From: Octopus vulgaris
Lineage: Eukaryota
Direction of reading: 5' to 3'
Length of the DNA stretch: 64,000 bases
Assembly (NCBI GenBank): GCA_951406725.2
Contig: OX597816.1
Span: 65,906,001-65,970,000, forward strand
Of the stretch, positions 23,941 through 36,710 are shown piece by piece. The stretch's first letter is position 1. Every line of letters begins with the position of its first letter. The notes beneath the pieces are model-generated. The model searched no databases. It was given only the letters and a program-made list of their open reading frames with translations, and had not been told where the DNA came from. The position numbers and the translations under genes are program-made.

Positions 23941-26900
23941 ATATTGTTTCATAATGAAATGACATTTCTCATTATCCTATTGGGACAGTTCTCAAGACCT
24001 GCTGTTAGCATGATTCTATCAACTATACTGCAACCCTCATCTGTATTATTTGTGACTGCCTCATAAAAATTCCAGTGTCATGCATGTATTTGTAAAACAT
24101 TTAAATATAACATTTTATCACATACTAATTGTATTATTTTTCTTATTGAAGTAGAATTAATTACATAACTATAAAATGAATCCATCAGCTTATACAACTA
24201 GATAACTACTAAACGTTATATGTGAATGCATTTTCTTTAAGAAAGTGAAATTCTATTGATTTCATTTAATTAAATTCAGTATCCATATATGTAAATTTTG
24301 TTTTAAGATGAATATGGATTGATAAACATATAGTGAGGTGGCGTGGTCGTGTGTGTTAATACTATATTAAGTATAAATATTGTATTATGTAAAATAGTTG
24401 AAAAACAGTTGGAAAGGCATAGATTTTATTTAACATACAATGTATGATGAAAGCATGTCCTATCAGTTTCAGTTTGTGTTTCCTCCAGTTTCTTATTGAT
24501 CTCTAATTTCTCAATAAATTAAGTATAGTTATGATTCAGTTATTTGTAAGACTATTTTCCAGTGAGGAATATCAAAACATCTCTTTAAAAAATGAATTTA
24601 ATTACTGCAGACATTAGAAATTATCCTTCAGGAATGGACTATAAGTAAATGGTGCCACAAAGCCAGATACTTAGGACCTAAATGTACTAGTGGCCCTTTT
24701 CTCATAAAATCTCTCATATTGAAGGCATCAGCAAAGTTTTCACAAGGAAACCTTTCGAGCATGGTTGGTACAAGGGCCTTCTGGCAAAGTTATCTACCTC
24801 AAGATTTTCTATGACTTAAATCTGAATAGTAGTTTCCTGGAAAATTACTTCGTTGTCAGGTTTTCTGTAATCCCCATTCTATTTAGCTGTTTTATATGCC
24901 TCAGTCATTATCCCAATTCTTTTCCTCCACTCTGTTAATGACCATCTCTCCGCCACCTCCAATAATGTTTACTCTTATACAAGCGATGTGGCTCACACTC
25001 ATTTAGTGCAACTTCAATACAACCTCTATCCATGAAACAAATCAATGTTTCTCACCTAACCTGCATGTTCTTCATGAAAATATTCTGAAACAGTAACTTA
25101 ACAACTTAATGTTATAAAACAGTGCCAAACATTAACAACCACAAAACCTCACACTCGCCGCCCACCTGAACTATGTGACTCAATCTTAGATCTACCATCT
25201 CTAACAATCTTCAATAATTTTTCCATGAAGATCTCAAATCCTTTCTGTAGCTATTGCATGCAACAGATTGCGTTTCTTCTTCAGAAATAAATACTCTGGT
25301 GCTGGTCGGTCACCAACCTTTACAGAATTAAATATTTCCTACTCTAAAGCATCATTTACATATTTATATGATACTCAAATATATACCTGCTGAGACATAT
25401 GAAGGCATTAACACACACACACATACATGGAGACATAAACACACACGTACACTCATGGATATGTGTACTCACACATACCTTAAATAATAAATACGAAGTA
25501 TACTGATCGACACTTTACATGTACTGTCTTCAATTGAACAATATTACATTTTTATATTTTCTTGCTTCTCTAAACATGTTTGTTAATCTTCACCAGTACC
25601 TTAACCCATTTCATTTTGTCACAAAAGGCTTTCTGAATTCACTTCCCTGTACTATATACTATGCATTTTCCCAATCTTTCTCCAGATCAGAATTACCTGG
25701 AATTCTTTATTAATCGTATCTTTACTTCCAGTTTGTAAATCAACTCAAGTTGAATGCAGAGTACAGTTACATTGTCCACTGATGTCTATCCTCCTATTTT
25801 GTAGACTGCATGGCCCCCTGTAGACTATAAACACTTCTCTTTTTCCTTAGATTGATCAACAAAAAATAGTTTTGGGAAAACAAACTGGTCAGGACTTTTT
25901 GCAAATAAAAACAATGCTTGATATAAAAAATATTAGGCATAAACTAGATAATCAGTTTGTATTTAGAGAAAACAGTTTTAAAGTAGGCTTTCTTCCTTCA
26001 TATCTTTGAAAAATATTGGTTATTCATGAAGTTTTCAGTAGCTGATGGTTTATAGAAATTAAATATAAAGAAATTGTCTATTGTTGTAATTTAGTACTTG
26101 AAAAATATGATAGTTGAATAAATGTAGAAACCTGGAAAATGCTTCTGATAAACTGCAATTCATTAGTGAAGTAATATAAAAATGTAGTTTATCATCATGA
26201 CTAGTCTTCATCATGTTTCTCTTCATTCTTTCACTATCATCACCTGAAGTAAGGCTATTGAGGTACAGTCTTTCACATATGAACTATACTTAGCTTATTT
26301 TCTTTATTTCATCTTAATTGCAACCATGCTTTCAATGATTTAGTCAGCAGCATTGACCCGATAATTAGTCTGTGGCTTATTTTATTGATCTCTTCATTGA
26401 AGAGTTAAGTTATTCTATGTTTAGAGCTACTTCCTTTTAGTAACTTCCAGGCAGTTTCCATCTACCAAATTAAACTCATAAGGCAATAGTCAGCCTGAGG
26501 TTAACCTATAAGGCACTCGCTTGAGGTACTGTGCAGTGGGATCACTTGGTTACAAAATGAGCTTTTTAACCACACTGCCATGCCTGCTCCTGTTAACTAT
26601 TTTCAAAATCTATGGAAACAAATAATGTATGTTTTTATTGCAATACCACAAACGCTGGACTGTTTTATTAACATTACAAGCACACCTTCATTTTAATGCC
26701 ACTATAAACACACCATCATTTTCATTTACTGTCAACATAAAGTTATCTTAATTATATTGCACTATCATCTTCAAATTAGCATGTATGCACTGCTATCTCT
26801 GCTTGAATGGCTTCTTTTGTTTCATTTCTGTTCAACTTTTACATTCAACTACATGCACAAGAAATGAACCTGCAGTTAGATATAGTCTTCCAATTAAAAA

Positions 26901-27724
26901 TATAATGTCAGGTGGATTCTGTGAATAAGATGGCTTTTGACATTTTAGTTTTATTCAGCAAAACATCCTGTTTTCTTCCTGAGACAATTTTGTTAGACTA
27001 ATAGTTTTCTTTTTTCTTTCTTTTTTTTTTTTGTACCCTTACTTCCTACATATTCTTAACACTTAAAGAGCAGCAGAAATCTCTAGACAGAGACTATCTC
27101 TTTCTAAGCATTTTTTAAATTTAAAATTACTTATGTTTAAGCTTCTAAAGCTACATAGGTTTTTTTTCTGTTTCCGTAAGCATAGCATATTCTCCTAATG
27201 CCTTTTGTATCAATAAATTTATTTTCTATCATTATTTCATTAAATTATTACATATATTCATTCAGAGCTTTACATCTTGCTGTTATATATCCTCAAACAT
27301 CATATGCTGCCCTCATAGTGTTGCTTTTAATGCTGAAGTCTCTTTGACTATCAGTGAAAGTTAGATTTCTTGGTATTCTTCATTCAATCTAATTGATAGC
27401 CAAATTAATTTAAAATTCACTAAAAGGACTGAGTAGCCAACCATTCTAAAATAAGTCAGAATTAACCTGAAATAATATGTGAAAGTTCAGGGACTTCTAC
27501 AAAACTTTAAATGATTTGATAAAGTTAAATTTAATCTGTTAGTGCTGCATATCTCTAACCTTAATGTTTGACCATATCAATAAATTCCTGACTGCTTTCT
27601 CTCACTGGCAGTTTGTATTTCATTTCACTGGGTTGTTTTCTTTTTGTAATTTTGGGGGGGGGTTTTTTCAATTTATTCTTGCTATTTCTTTTTAACTGTT
27701 TACCTCACACATTATATCTGCCCT

Positions 27725-27962
27725 CTTTATCACTTGTGTTATATTTACACCATTTTCTTTGTCACCTGTGTTATATTTACTTCACTTTCCATGCCACCTG
27801 TGTTAACCACTCTCCTTGTCACCTCTGTTATGTCACACAATTCTTCCTGTCACCTGTGTTATATTTACACCACTATCATTGTCACCACTATTATATTCCT
27901 ACCACTCTCTTTATCACCTGTGTTATATTTTCACTACTCTCATTGTAACCTGTGTTATATTT
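27725..27962. repeat. Minisatellite, about 32-nt period, about 8 units
   Basis: Consensus approximately gtcacctgtgttatatttacaccactctcatt, with cores at 27731, 27763, 27795, 27820, 27851, 27883, 27915 and 27947. Confidence 0.85.
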
Positions 27963-28639
27963 ATCGCTATCATTTTATCATTTTCTTTTGTTTTTGCACT
28001 GATGACAGATTTCTTCACTCAATCTTAGAGATCACTGTTTTTCATTTGTTTTTCTTTCTTTTTTTTTTCACATTCACTGTCCTTACACTTCTTAATTTCA
28101 ACAATCTCTTTGGGAATTATATTTATCAATGTATATATTTGCTTTTTTAACTGGACATGTACACTTTCTTTCTGCCTTTCTCTTACTATTACATTTGCTT
28201 TTAATTAATTCTTGATATTTTTATTCTTAGAGTATATTTTACTGGTAACTTTCTCTGGTACTAATTCTACACTAGAGAATTTCAAAAAAAAATTTTTATT
28301 CTGATGACTTCCTTAACTGCAAGTCATGCAAACTAAATTAAGTGATCAAAAAAATGACCAAAAAAAAAATTAGAAAACTTTGCAGGTTTAAAGATTTATT
28401 AAAATTTAACCAAAAAACTTTGTTCACAAAATCTGGTAACTATTAGATATTATTTTAACTAAATAGTTTCAAATAATATGTTACCTAAATACTTTAATTC
28501 AACAACCATATTTTGTGGCAATCTGTGAGAGAACTATTGACAGATATACTAAATATTTATATTTGCTTTTAGTTGAACTATATCAATGAATTCCAATAAA
28601 TTCATCCTGGTTTGCATATTTGAACATTATAAAGAATAA

Positions 28640-29040
28640 ATTTAGCTATAAAATCTTCAAAGCCACAGTCGAACCAATTCTACTATATGGCTCAGAAACC
28701 TGGACGTTATCAAAGAAGCTTGAGAGGCGGTTGGATGGAACTTACACTCGCCTCCTTATGAGAGCTCAAAATCTCTCATGGAAGCATCATCCAACCAAAG
28801 TACAAATATATGGGAAATTACCATCTGTGTCATCTCTTGTAAAAGGTAGAAGAGTCCAGTTTGCTGAACATTGTTGTAGAGCTGAAAATGAGGTAATTTC
28901 TACTCTTTTCCTCTGGAAGCCATCTGCTTGCAATACCAGAGGGCGCACACTCTCCTACCCTGATGTAATCTCCAGGGATACAGGCATCCAGCAACGGGAC
29001 CTCCGTAATGCTATGATGGACCGTGAAGTCTGGCATAACA
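28640..29040 (+). mobile_element. 5'-truncated RTE-related LINE 3' end
   Basis: ORF with IFKATVEPILLYGSETWTL...RLDGTYTRLLMRAQNLSW...AMMDREVW, a typical non-LTR post-RT region. Confidence 0.88.
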
Positions 29041-30081
29041 TATATCCATTTTGAAAAGACATGCAGCATTGTTTTACCATTGGTCATAAAAGCATCAAGT
29101 TTTCTACTAGATATTCCACACTATCATTGCTTGATATATTTTATCAAAGCTAATTAAATGAGGTAAAATAGGAAGAGAATGCAAATTCTTAATTAGATAA
29201 CAATGAAGTAGATTGATGATAGTTTCTTAATTAGATATTTTTTGTTAGATATTCTTGAAAGTATGACAAGTCACGCTTTTTTTTGGAAATAGGCAAAAAA
29301 ATTTCAAACACAAACCTTAACAGGATTGTATGTTAATTCTCTGGGAAATTATTGTCACACAACATACCTATTTCTCTTTAATGAGACATTAGGTGTTAAT
29401 ATTGCAAAAGAAATCAAAGATATTCAGAAATTAAGTTGTGGCATTTTTCTAATGCTCATGCTTGTACACAAGCCTTAGAATCCTTTCTTAATCATAAAAA
29501 ATAATATTATATTTTAAATAATATAAATTATTTCAATAAAATACACTTCTTTTAATTAGATTTAGTATTAATCGGGTAATGATTTTGTATTTGAAATAAT
29601 TTCTTTTAGTTTGTTAATATATTTTCATGCAAACATTCTTTATATATATTTTTGAAAACTTTCAATGTTATTGTTTTAATGGTTTTTCAACTTAAATAGA
29701 TCAGCAGCAGAGAACCAGATTCTGTACTTCGTGGTTCAGAGTTCATCAGTCTTAGTCAACTTAACTCCTTGTCTTGGATTCTTCAAATTCTAATCATATC
29801 TGGAGTAGCTGAAATGATGAGGTTTTAGATTAATATCTCTTCCTCTGCTTCAGTTTTAGAACTCTGGATGTGCTTATGTATTTGAAAAAACTGTTTCTGA
29901 TACCATGAATGAATAATCTTTATATATATGTGTGTAACTTCTATTTTGTATGAAAGCAATTTTACTTCCAAATCTTTTTCTATTTCAATTGTTTATGTAT
30001 TCTCCCAGCATCAATGTTTGTTTGGTTTATTGATAACTTTTAACTTTGATGTAATGTAAATGCTGTTTCCATTGTTACCAG

Positions 30082-30161
30082 GAGATTTTGAAGCCTTGAC
30101 TTCTGATGATCATTGGAAAAAGGATGAGATACTTGCTGCTAAGATCAAAAAATTTCTATCG
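30082..30161 (+). CDS. RIM: RIM alternative exon A (GDFEALTSDDHWKKDEILAAKIKKFLS)
   Basis: ttaccag| acceptor and |gtgagt donor; 80 nt, phase 1->0. It joins ...SEK-G in frame to HPVTW. Confidence 0.8.
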
Positions 30162-31064
30162 GTGAGTTATGTGCATGCATACTGCCATCTACTGGCTGTT
30201 GCAAACAAATCAAACTTGAAAATCAGATTTATTTGGATTTTTATGTAGTGTGTCAGTTATTGATGGTTTTGCACAGGAGTAGATGACAAGTTTTATGACC
30301 AGTAGTTAAACATAAAATTTAACGAAATTACAATTATATCATATCATCATTGATAAAAATTTATCTCTTTACAAAAGATAAAAAAAGGAAAAGAAGATAA
30401 TTGCCCACTATTATCTTCTTGCTTCATTTTCTTAAAAGAAAAGGCTGAATCACATTATAATTAATCTTTTGTTCATTTTTCTTTACTCACTTCTGTTTAA
30501 TACACAGCAACGAATGGTTTATTACATTACAAAAATATCTTTTTCCTTCCTCTTTTCCCCCATCCCTGCTGTCTCTCTTTCTTTCTGTTTTATGTCACCT
30601 ATATATCATAAAACAAAGAATTTATTTAATCTGACTACATTGCTTCTTTTAATAAGCATTATGGGAGAACTATTTTATGTTATTATTACTAAATTTTATA
30701 GAACAGATCAGTTCCATTTGTAAGCACACTTCTCTATGCACCAATATATATTTATATGAACAGAATATAAATTGACTAAGAGTTTCATATTTTGCATAGT
30801 TTCAAGACTGGGACGTTATTTTCACTGTCAAACTAGATCATAGTACAGGAAGCTAAATCATTTATGATTGTCCCAGATCTTAAAACGTATTCTGTCATTA
30901 GTGTCATCCATCAATTTAACCTTAACTTAAAGTGATAAAATGTTTCCTTTCATGAAAAGGGGATAGTCTTAAGAAGAATATCTTGTGAAAATACTTGGTA
31001 AAATCTCCAAGCACTTCAGCCAAAACTAATCAATATAAAAAGTAAGTATTCTATTGTAAAAATT

Positions 31065-31357
31065 TGTTCCTTCATGAGCCATGCCTGGCTCATAAGGGCC
31101 GGTTTCCCAGTTTCTTTGGCATATAGGTTCCCCACTTGAATGGGATGCCAGTCCATCACAGGTGAGCTGCAAGATGCAGGAGGAAAGAGTAAGTTGTGGC
31201 AAAAGTATCAGCAGAAGTTTGCCATTACCTTCTGCCAGAGCCGCATGGAGCTTAAGTGTTTCGCTCATAAACACACACATCACCCAGTCTGAGATTCGAA
31301 CCCGCGATCCCTTGACCACGAGTCTGCTGCTCTAACCACTAGGCCATGTGCCTTCAC
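31065..31357 (-). mobile_element. tRNA-derived SINE
   Basis: Colinear with 16570-16868. Confidence 0.88.
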
Positions 31358-31825
31358 TATTGTAAAAGTAAGGTAAATATATAGTGTGGAAAGGGCAATT
31401 ATTTATTTAGATTTATCTTTAAAGTTTTTATCTATAATATCTAAACAACTTTCAATTTTCTCCTTATTCCTTTTCACCTCCCCCTTCCCCTGCCTTTATC
31501 TTCCTTCAAGAGTGATCCTTCGGTCAGGAGAATATTGATGATTGTGAATGCAATCAATGAAAACTAATAAATCAGCCTTTTATACAACCTTGATTATATT
31601 TTTACTTTTGTAATATTGGATTTTGATTTGAGTGACGTATCATTGATAAAAATGATTCTACTGGTCACAAACTTGTTGGCAGAGCATAAACAAATTGAAT
31701 GAGCATGGCAGCTGTATGCAGCCAAGATGGTCAATCAACCAACTTACCAGTCATATAGCCATCTGTTCAGCTTGATTTTGCTTTAAATCCTTTGTTAGTC
31801 CTTGTTTTCTTTGTTTGTATTTTAG

Positions 31826-32148
31826 GGGAACCAGAAGGTGTTGCTACTGCCACTGCATTGGGAGCTCAATATCATAGTCGTGTATCTGCAAGTGTGTCAT
31901 GTAGTGGCAGTTGGCCTCCTGCAAGTGTATCTCACGCAACAAGTGTCAGCAGTGGTGCTGTTTGCAGTACCAATTCTAAGCTTGTCATGCAGCAGCCAAA
32001 ATTTAAACGACATATTGGTTTACTTGGGGAAAGTCAGAGCACGGAGGACACAGAGAGTGGAAGCTCTGAACCAACACTAATAAAAGATTCCGGCATTGAC
32101 ACTGGTTTGTCCAGTAGTAATCAGACAATTTATGAAGATCATGCCAAG
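31826..32148 (+). CDS. RIM: RIM alternative exon B (GEPEGVATA...SEPTLIKDSGIDTGLSSSNQTIYEDHAK)
   Basis: Pyrimidine tract plus tttag| acceptor and aag|gtagaa donor; 323 nt, phase 1->0. SEPTLIKDSGIDT resembles the SEPQIKDSGVDT segment that precedes HPVTW in vertebrate RIMS2. Confidence 0.8.
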
Positions 32149-33214
32149 GTAGAACAATGCAGAAGTATTCAGGAATGGCTAGAAAGGCACTAGTTTACTC
32201 TGTAGCTAAATGCTCACTTCATTTGGATTTTTTTTCCCTTTCATGAAATCAATTGGTTGTTAAAAGTTTGTTTTAAAAGAGAAAGTTTGGTCATAAGCAT
32301 TTTAATTGCAAACTCAGTGATTCCATCTTTGTGAAAAATAGCTTTATTAAATGTGCTTTAGTGAAAATATTTTAGGGGTTCAATTTAAATTTCTAGCATG
32401 ATATCTATCAAATACTGTTATTTAGTTAATCTCTTTCTAGTATGGTTCAGATTTTAAATATTTTTTAAATTACTAATTGTGTATAACATTTTGCTTTCTA
32501 TTAGTATTGGTATATTTTGAGATTAAAGAATATACAACATGCCTCTGTTAAGTGGACACTATTTTATGTTAATGCTAGCAGGTTATAAAAATTGCTCATA
32601 AAATAAGAATCTACCCATTCTTTTTAAAATGATTTTCCTTTAAGAAAGTGTAGACAGTCAAAACATTACAAAATTGCATTCAATTAATAATTTGTCTTCT
32701 ACCATCAAGTGCAATAATATTCTTTAATGTAGATAGACTTGTCTTTTGTGGAATAAAGCATTTGAGAAGTGAGGAATAAGATCGTCTTGATTACTCCATA
32801 ATTTGAAAGATCATAATATATTGAAAGAGTGGAAGTTCTATAGAATTGAATCCCTCAGAATAAAAGGTTGCATTAGTAATTCATGGTCTTGGAAAAAAAG
32901 TAACATAGGTGTTGAAAATAGAATGAGTGCAACTGATCAGTTCAAGTAGAACCAACAATTATTGAAGATCAAACTCTAAGAAAGCTTCAAAATAAGTTAC
33001 ACATAACAGATACATGATGAGGGGGTACAAGCTGAAGGATCTTAGGAGGAAAAGGCTTAGCAATCATACGCATCTTTTTTTTCTATTTTATTTTGCAATA
33101 ATCAAAAGACCTGCATATATCCAGATATGAACAACACTACATAGTAAAGCATATTCAGTGAATAGTTATATCAAATTCTAATATAAATAATATAAATATT
33201 TAAACTTCTAAATA

Positions 33215-33632
33215 TCATCACCATCATCATTAAACATCCACTTTTCCATACTTGTATGCATCGTTTAGAATTTGTTGAGGCAAATTTTCTAGGGTTGAGT
33301 ACCATTCTTGTCGCCAACCATAGCTGTTTCTAACCAAGGTAGCATTTCCCGTGGCCAGATATATTTTCCATGAAGACTAAAAATGAACAACATTGCTTGT
33401 ATAACAGCAATGCTCATTTACAATCATCATGTAATGTCAAGACAAATGAACATACACAATCACACACACACACACAACAGACTTCTTTCACTGTTTCTGC
33501 TTACCAAATCCACTCACAAGTTTTTGTTTGGCCTATGATACTATGCTAAATGATTGCCCAAGGTGTCACACAGTGGGACTGAACCCAAATCCACATATTT
33601 AGGAAGCAAATTTCTAAACCACACAACCACAT
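33215..33632 (-). mobile_element. Older SINE: tRNA/CORE-like head, (CA)n spacer, (CAT)n tail
   Basis: 33480-33630 matches the head half of the 7211 family; 33215-33350 matches the 128-260 tail type. A similar remnant lies at 43740-44130. Confidence 0.7.
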
Positions 33633-34677
33633 ATTTTAAAGCATATTTTTAGGAATAACTTATAAGAGAAAAGACTTAACTTTGCTACTAACATAGATAG
33701 TACTAATAAAACAATAAGCCAAGTTTGATTGCTTTATATCGTTAGATATTAAACTAAATTTGTTCTATGCAGAAATGTTCTGAGGAGAAAATATTGAATG
33801 ATCAATTCTTGTTTTGTGAGCTCAAGGCCACTGAACTATTCATTGTCTCTAAGTGGACATTTAATTCTAAAGAGCATAGTTCACAGAAATATTGTTGTTT
33901 AGGTCTTTACCAAGCAGACCTATAATCACGGATATTCCAACCATGACTAACTTTTCTTTTTCTAAAATACAAAGAGATATATTGGATTATATTGTCCAGT
34001 GTATCTTTCACTCAGATGGTAGAGTATAATTTGAGGGAGATTTGAATGCTTTCTATAGCAACATAAGCAACTACAAAGTGGCATCTAGACGTTATTCTAG
34101 GATCTTCTGTTCATGTTAGAGTGGTATCCTATTCAGAAGAGATAAGTCTCTCATCTACTAAACTGTCATTGAATCTAGGGCAAAGCAATGACTATATGTT
34201 TGTGATTCATGTAGACATTTTGTATCTTTCTTTCAACTGTATATGAGGTATTATGACAGGTATTACAGAAGCAAGCTTGCTTATATATAAATTGACATCA
34301 ATTTCAAGAATAATAGCTTACATTTCATCTAGAATAATAACATTAATTTTACATAGTGTTTTATAGTTTGTTCATGCTCTGTAAAATATCAATTAGAATC
34401 TTATTAAAAATATGTATTAAGAAAACAGAATCTATCTCAGGGTCTAAAGAATCAGCTTACTGCGTTTTGATAGAGTTATATATTTTCTCATTTTAGTAAA
34501 AGTCCTGTAAGATTATTGATTCACATCATAATTCATTTAACCTCTCTGACATGGCAAACAAATAATTTTGTACATGAAGTTTATTATGTGAAATTACTTG
34601 AATTATTTTACATAGAAAAATAAACTATTTTTCAATAGTTAGTTACTGCTTCACACCCTCAACTAGAATGACTAACA

Positions 34678-34917
34678 CATCATCATCATCGTTTAACGTC
34701 CGTTTACCATGCTAGCATGGGTTGGACAGTTCAACTGGGGTCTGGGAAGCCAGGAGGCTGCGCCAGGCTCCAGTCTGATCTGGCAGTGTTTCTATGGCTG
34801 GATGCCCTTCCTAACGCCAACCACTCCGTGAGTGTAGTGGGTGCTTTTTACGTGCCACCGGCACAGGGGCCAGAGGAGGCTGGCAAACGGCCACAATCGG
34901 TTGGTGCTTTTTACATG
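34678..34917 (-). mobile_element. SINE-like retroposon with (GAT)n tail
   Basis: Very similar to the 9962 copy. Confidence 0.85.
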
Positions 34918-35598
34918 TAATATAATACATACAAGTTATATTACAAACAATAGCATTACTTTAACAATTTTATATTAAATGTAACGGAGTCATTCTCCAT
35001 GACAAAGAAAAGAAATTTAATGTCTTAGGAGGACCCTTCATCTATGAAGGGTCCTACTTGAGAGATTAAAGATTCCTTTTATTTTTCATAATAAACAATA
35101 ATTTATTAAACTTGTTATTTGCTGATGCAGACCGTCACCAGTTTTCTCAGATTCTGCTTTTCCACTCTAACTTTATAGACTGTCCATGCAATCATGGGCC
35201 TTTTTTCAGGCTTACAAAGCAAACTGTATTTACATCAACATTTTATGACAATATTTCTCTGTAAATTTACTTGAAGCTTATTCTCAAGCAGTCACAAATA
35301 CTTTTTATAAAATGAAATACTTGTTTACATCAGCTTAAAATGCAGTTGTTTCACAATGGACAATTTGGAGAAAAGTTTAACAGTCACAGCTTTCCTGGTC
35401 CCCAAATTATTGTTATTGACTGAGCACCATTAGTAAAGTGAAGAGTGACTTTATAGAAGGTATAGGGAATAATTGACAATACAACCTAGCTTCTAATCAG
35501 ATATTTTCTTGTCAATCATGTAAGAAGCTATCTTGCTTGAAGCTGTTTTGCTTTTGTATTGTAACAGAAAGTAGCTATTTTGTTCTTGTGCACAGTCA

Positions 35599-35633
<35 letters not shown>

Positions 35634-35752
35634 ACAACCTGCTTTTTCAATCAAGTAAGGTAGTGGTTTTGGTATTTTATTTGAATGAAATAATCTTATA
35701 CCCCTCTGTTTGCTTCAATCAAACCTAGTTAATATATAGGTTTTACTCTCCA

Positions 35753-36160
35753 TTGCAGAATGGTAAACATTGAAAGGGATACTGAACTATAAAATCAATG
35801 CAAATTTCTGAATTACAATTTACACAAACACGAAAAAGCTGGCATGAAATAAAATTTTAAAAACTTTAAAATATTTTATTGCATTAAAATACAAAATGAC
35901 TTCAAAATATTTTATAATATTTTAGAAAATTCTTTAGAATAAATATGATGTAAGTTATCCAAACATTATCATTTATTACACATTAGCAATAGAAGTTGTA
36001 TTATTACTGAATAACAACCTTTGAATCCTATTTAACATGGATGTTTTGTAAGAATGCTTTAATATTATGGTATTTGTCTTGCGAGGGCACCTGATATTTG
36101 AGCGGGCTACTGATATTTCTGTACTTTTAAGTATCCCTTTCAATGCTTACCATTCTACAA
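35753..36160. mobile_element. Probable MITE with 31-bp terminal inverted repeats
   Basis: ttgcagaatggtaaacattgaaagggatact (35753-35783) versus agtatccctttcaatgcttaccattctacaa (36130-36160), two mismatches, AT-rich interior. Confidence 0.7.
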
Positions 36161-36652
36161 GACGCTCACTCCAGGCCTGCAGCATTATAGTGTTCTTACA
36201 ATACATTCACATTAAGTAGATTATCATTTATGTTTGTAGAATTTCTGAGTTATAATTAATCCTAACTCTTGTAGGTAATCTTCATTACTTCATGTATTAT
36301 AGTTCACTTTAACAGTTGAAGTGATGAAGGAACAATTACTGCGATACTGTTTTGCTGTTAACCACATAGTCAGGGACTTAAATCTTAGAATAAAAGTTAT
36401 TGCAAAGCATATTATTGCTTGTTCCAATTTGCCTACTTGATATAAAATATATTTCACTCTCTACTTATAAAGTCAAAAGGAAAAGAAAAACATTAAATCC
36501 CTGAAAGCATAAAAAATGGATGTAAAAATAATAAGTGTATTTTGTGGATTATTATTTCCTTGGTTTATCAAAATCTTTTACAACAGAGTCAAAATAGCAG
36601 AGAATGAATTGTTATCAGTTAATTATTTTTTAAGAAAATATTAGACTAAGTG

Positions 36653-36710
36653 TTCAGCAACAGTACTTTGGAGTAAAGATTTTTACCAACTCCAAAGTAC
36701 TGTTGCTGAA
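36653..36710. repeat. Perfect 22-bp hairpin with 14-nt loop
   Basis: ttcagcaacagtactttggagt-aaagatttttacca-actccaaagtactgttgctgaa. Confidence 0.95.

Noticed and set aside
27725-27962. Regularly spaced repeats reminiscent of a CRISPR array
   Set aside because: The units are contiguous diverged tandem repeats without unique spacers, in a eukaryotic intron with no cas genes.
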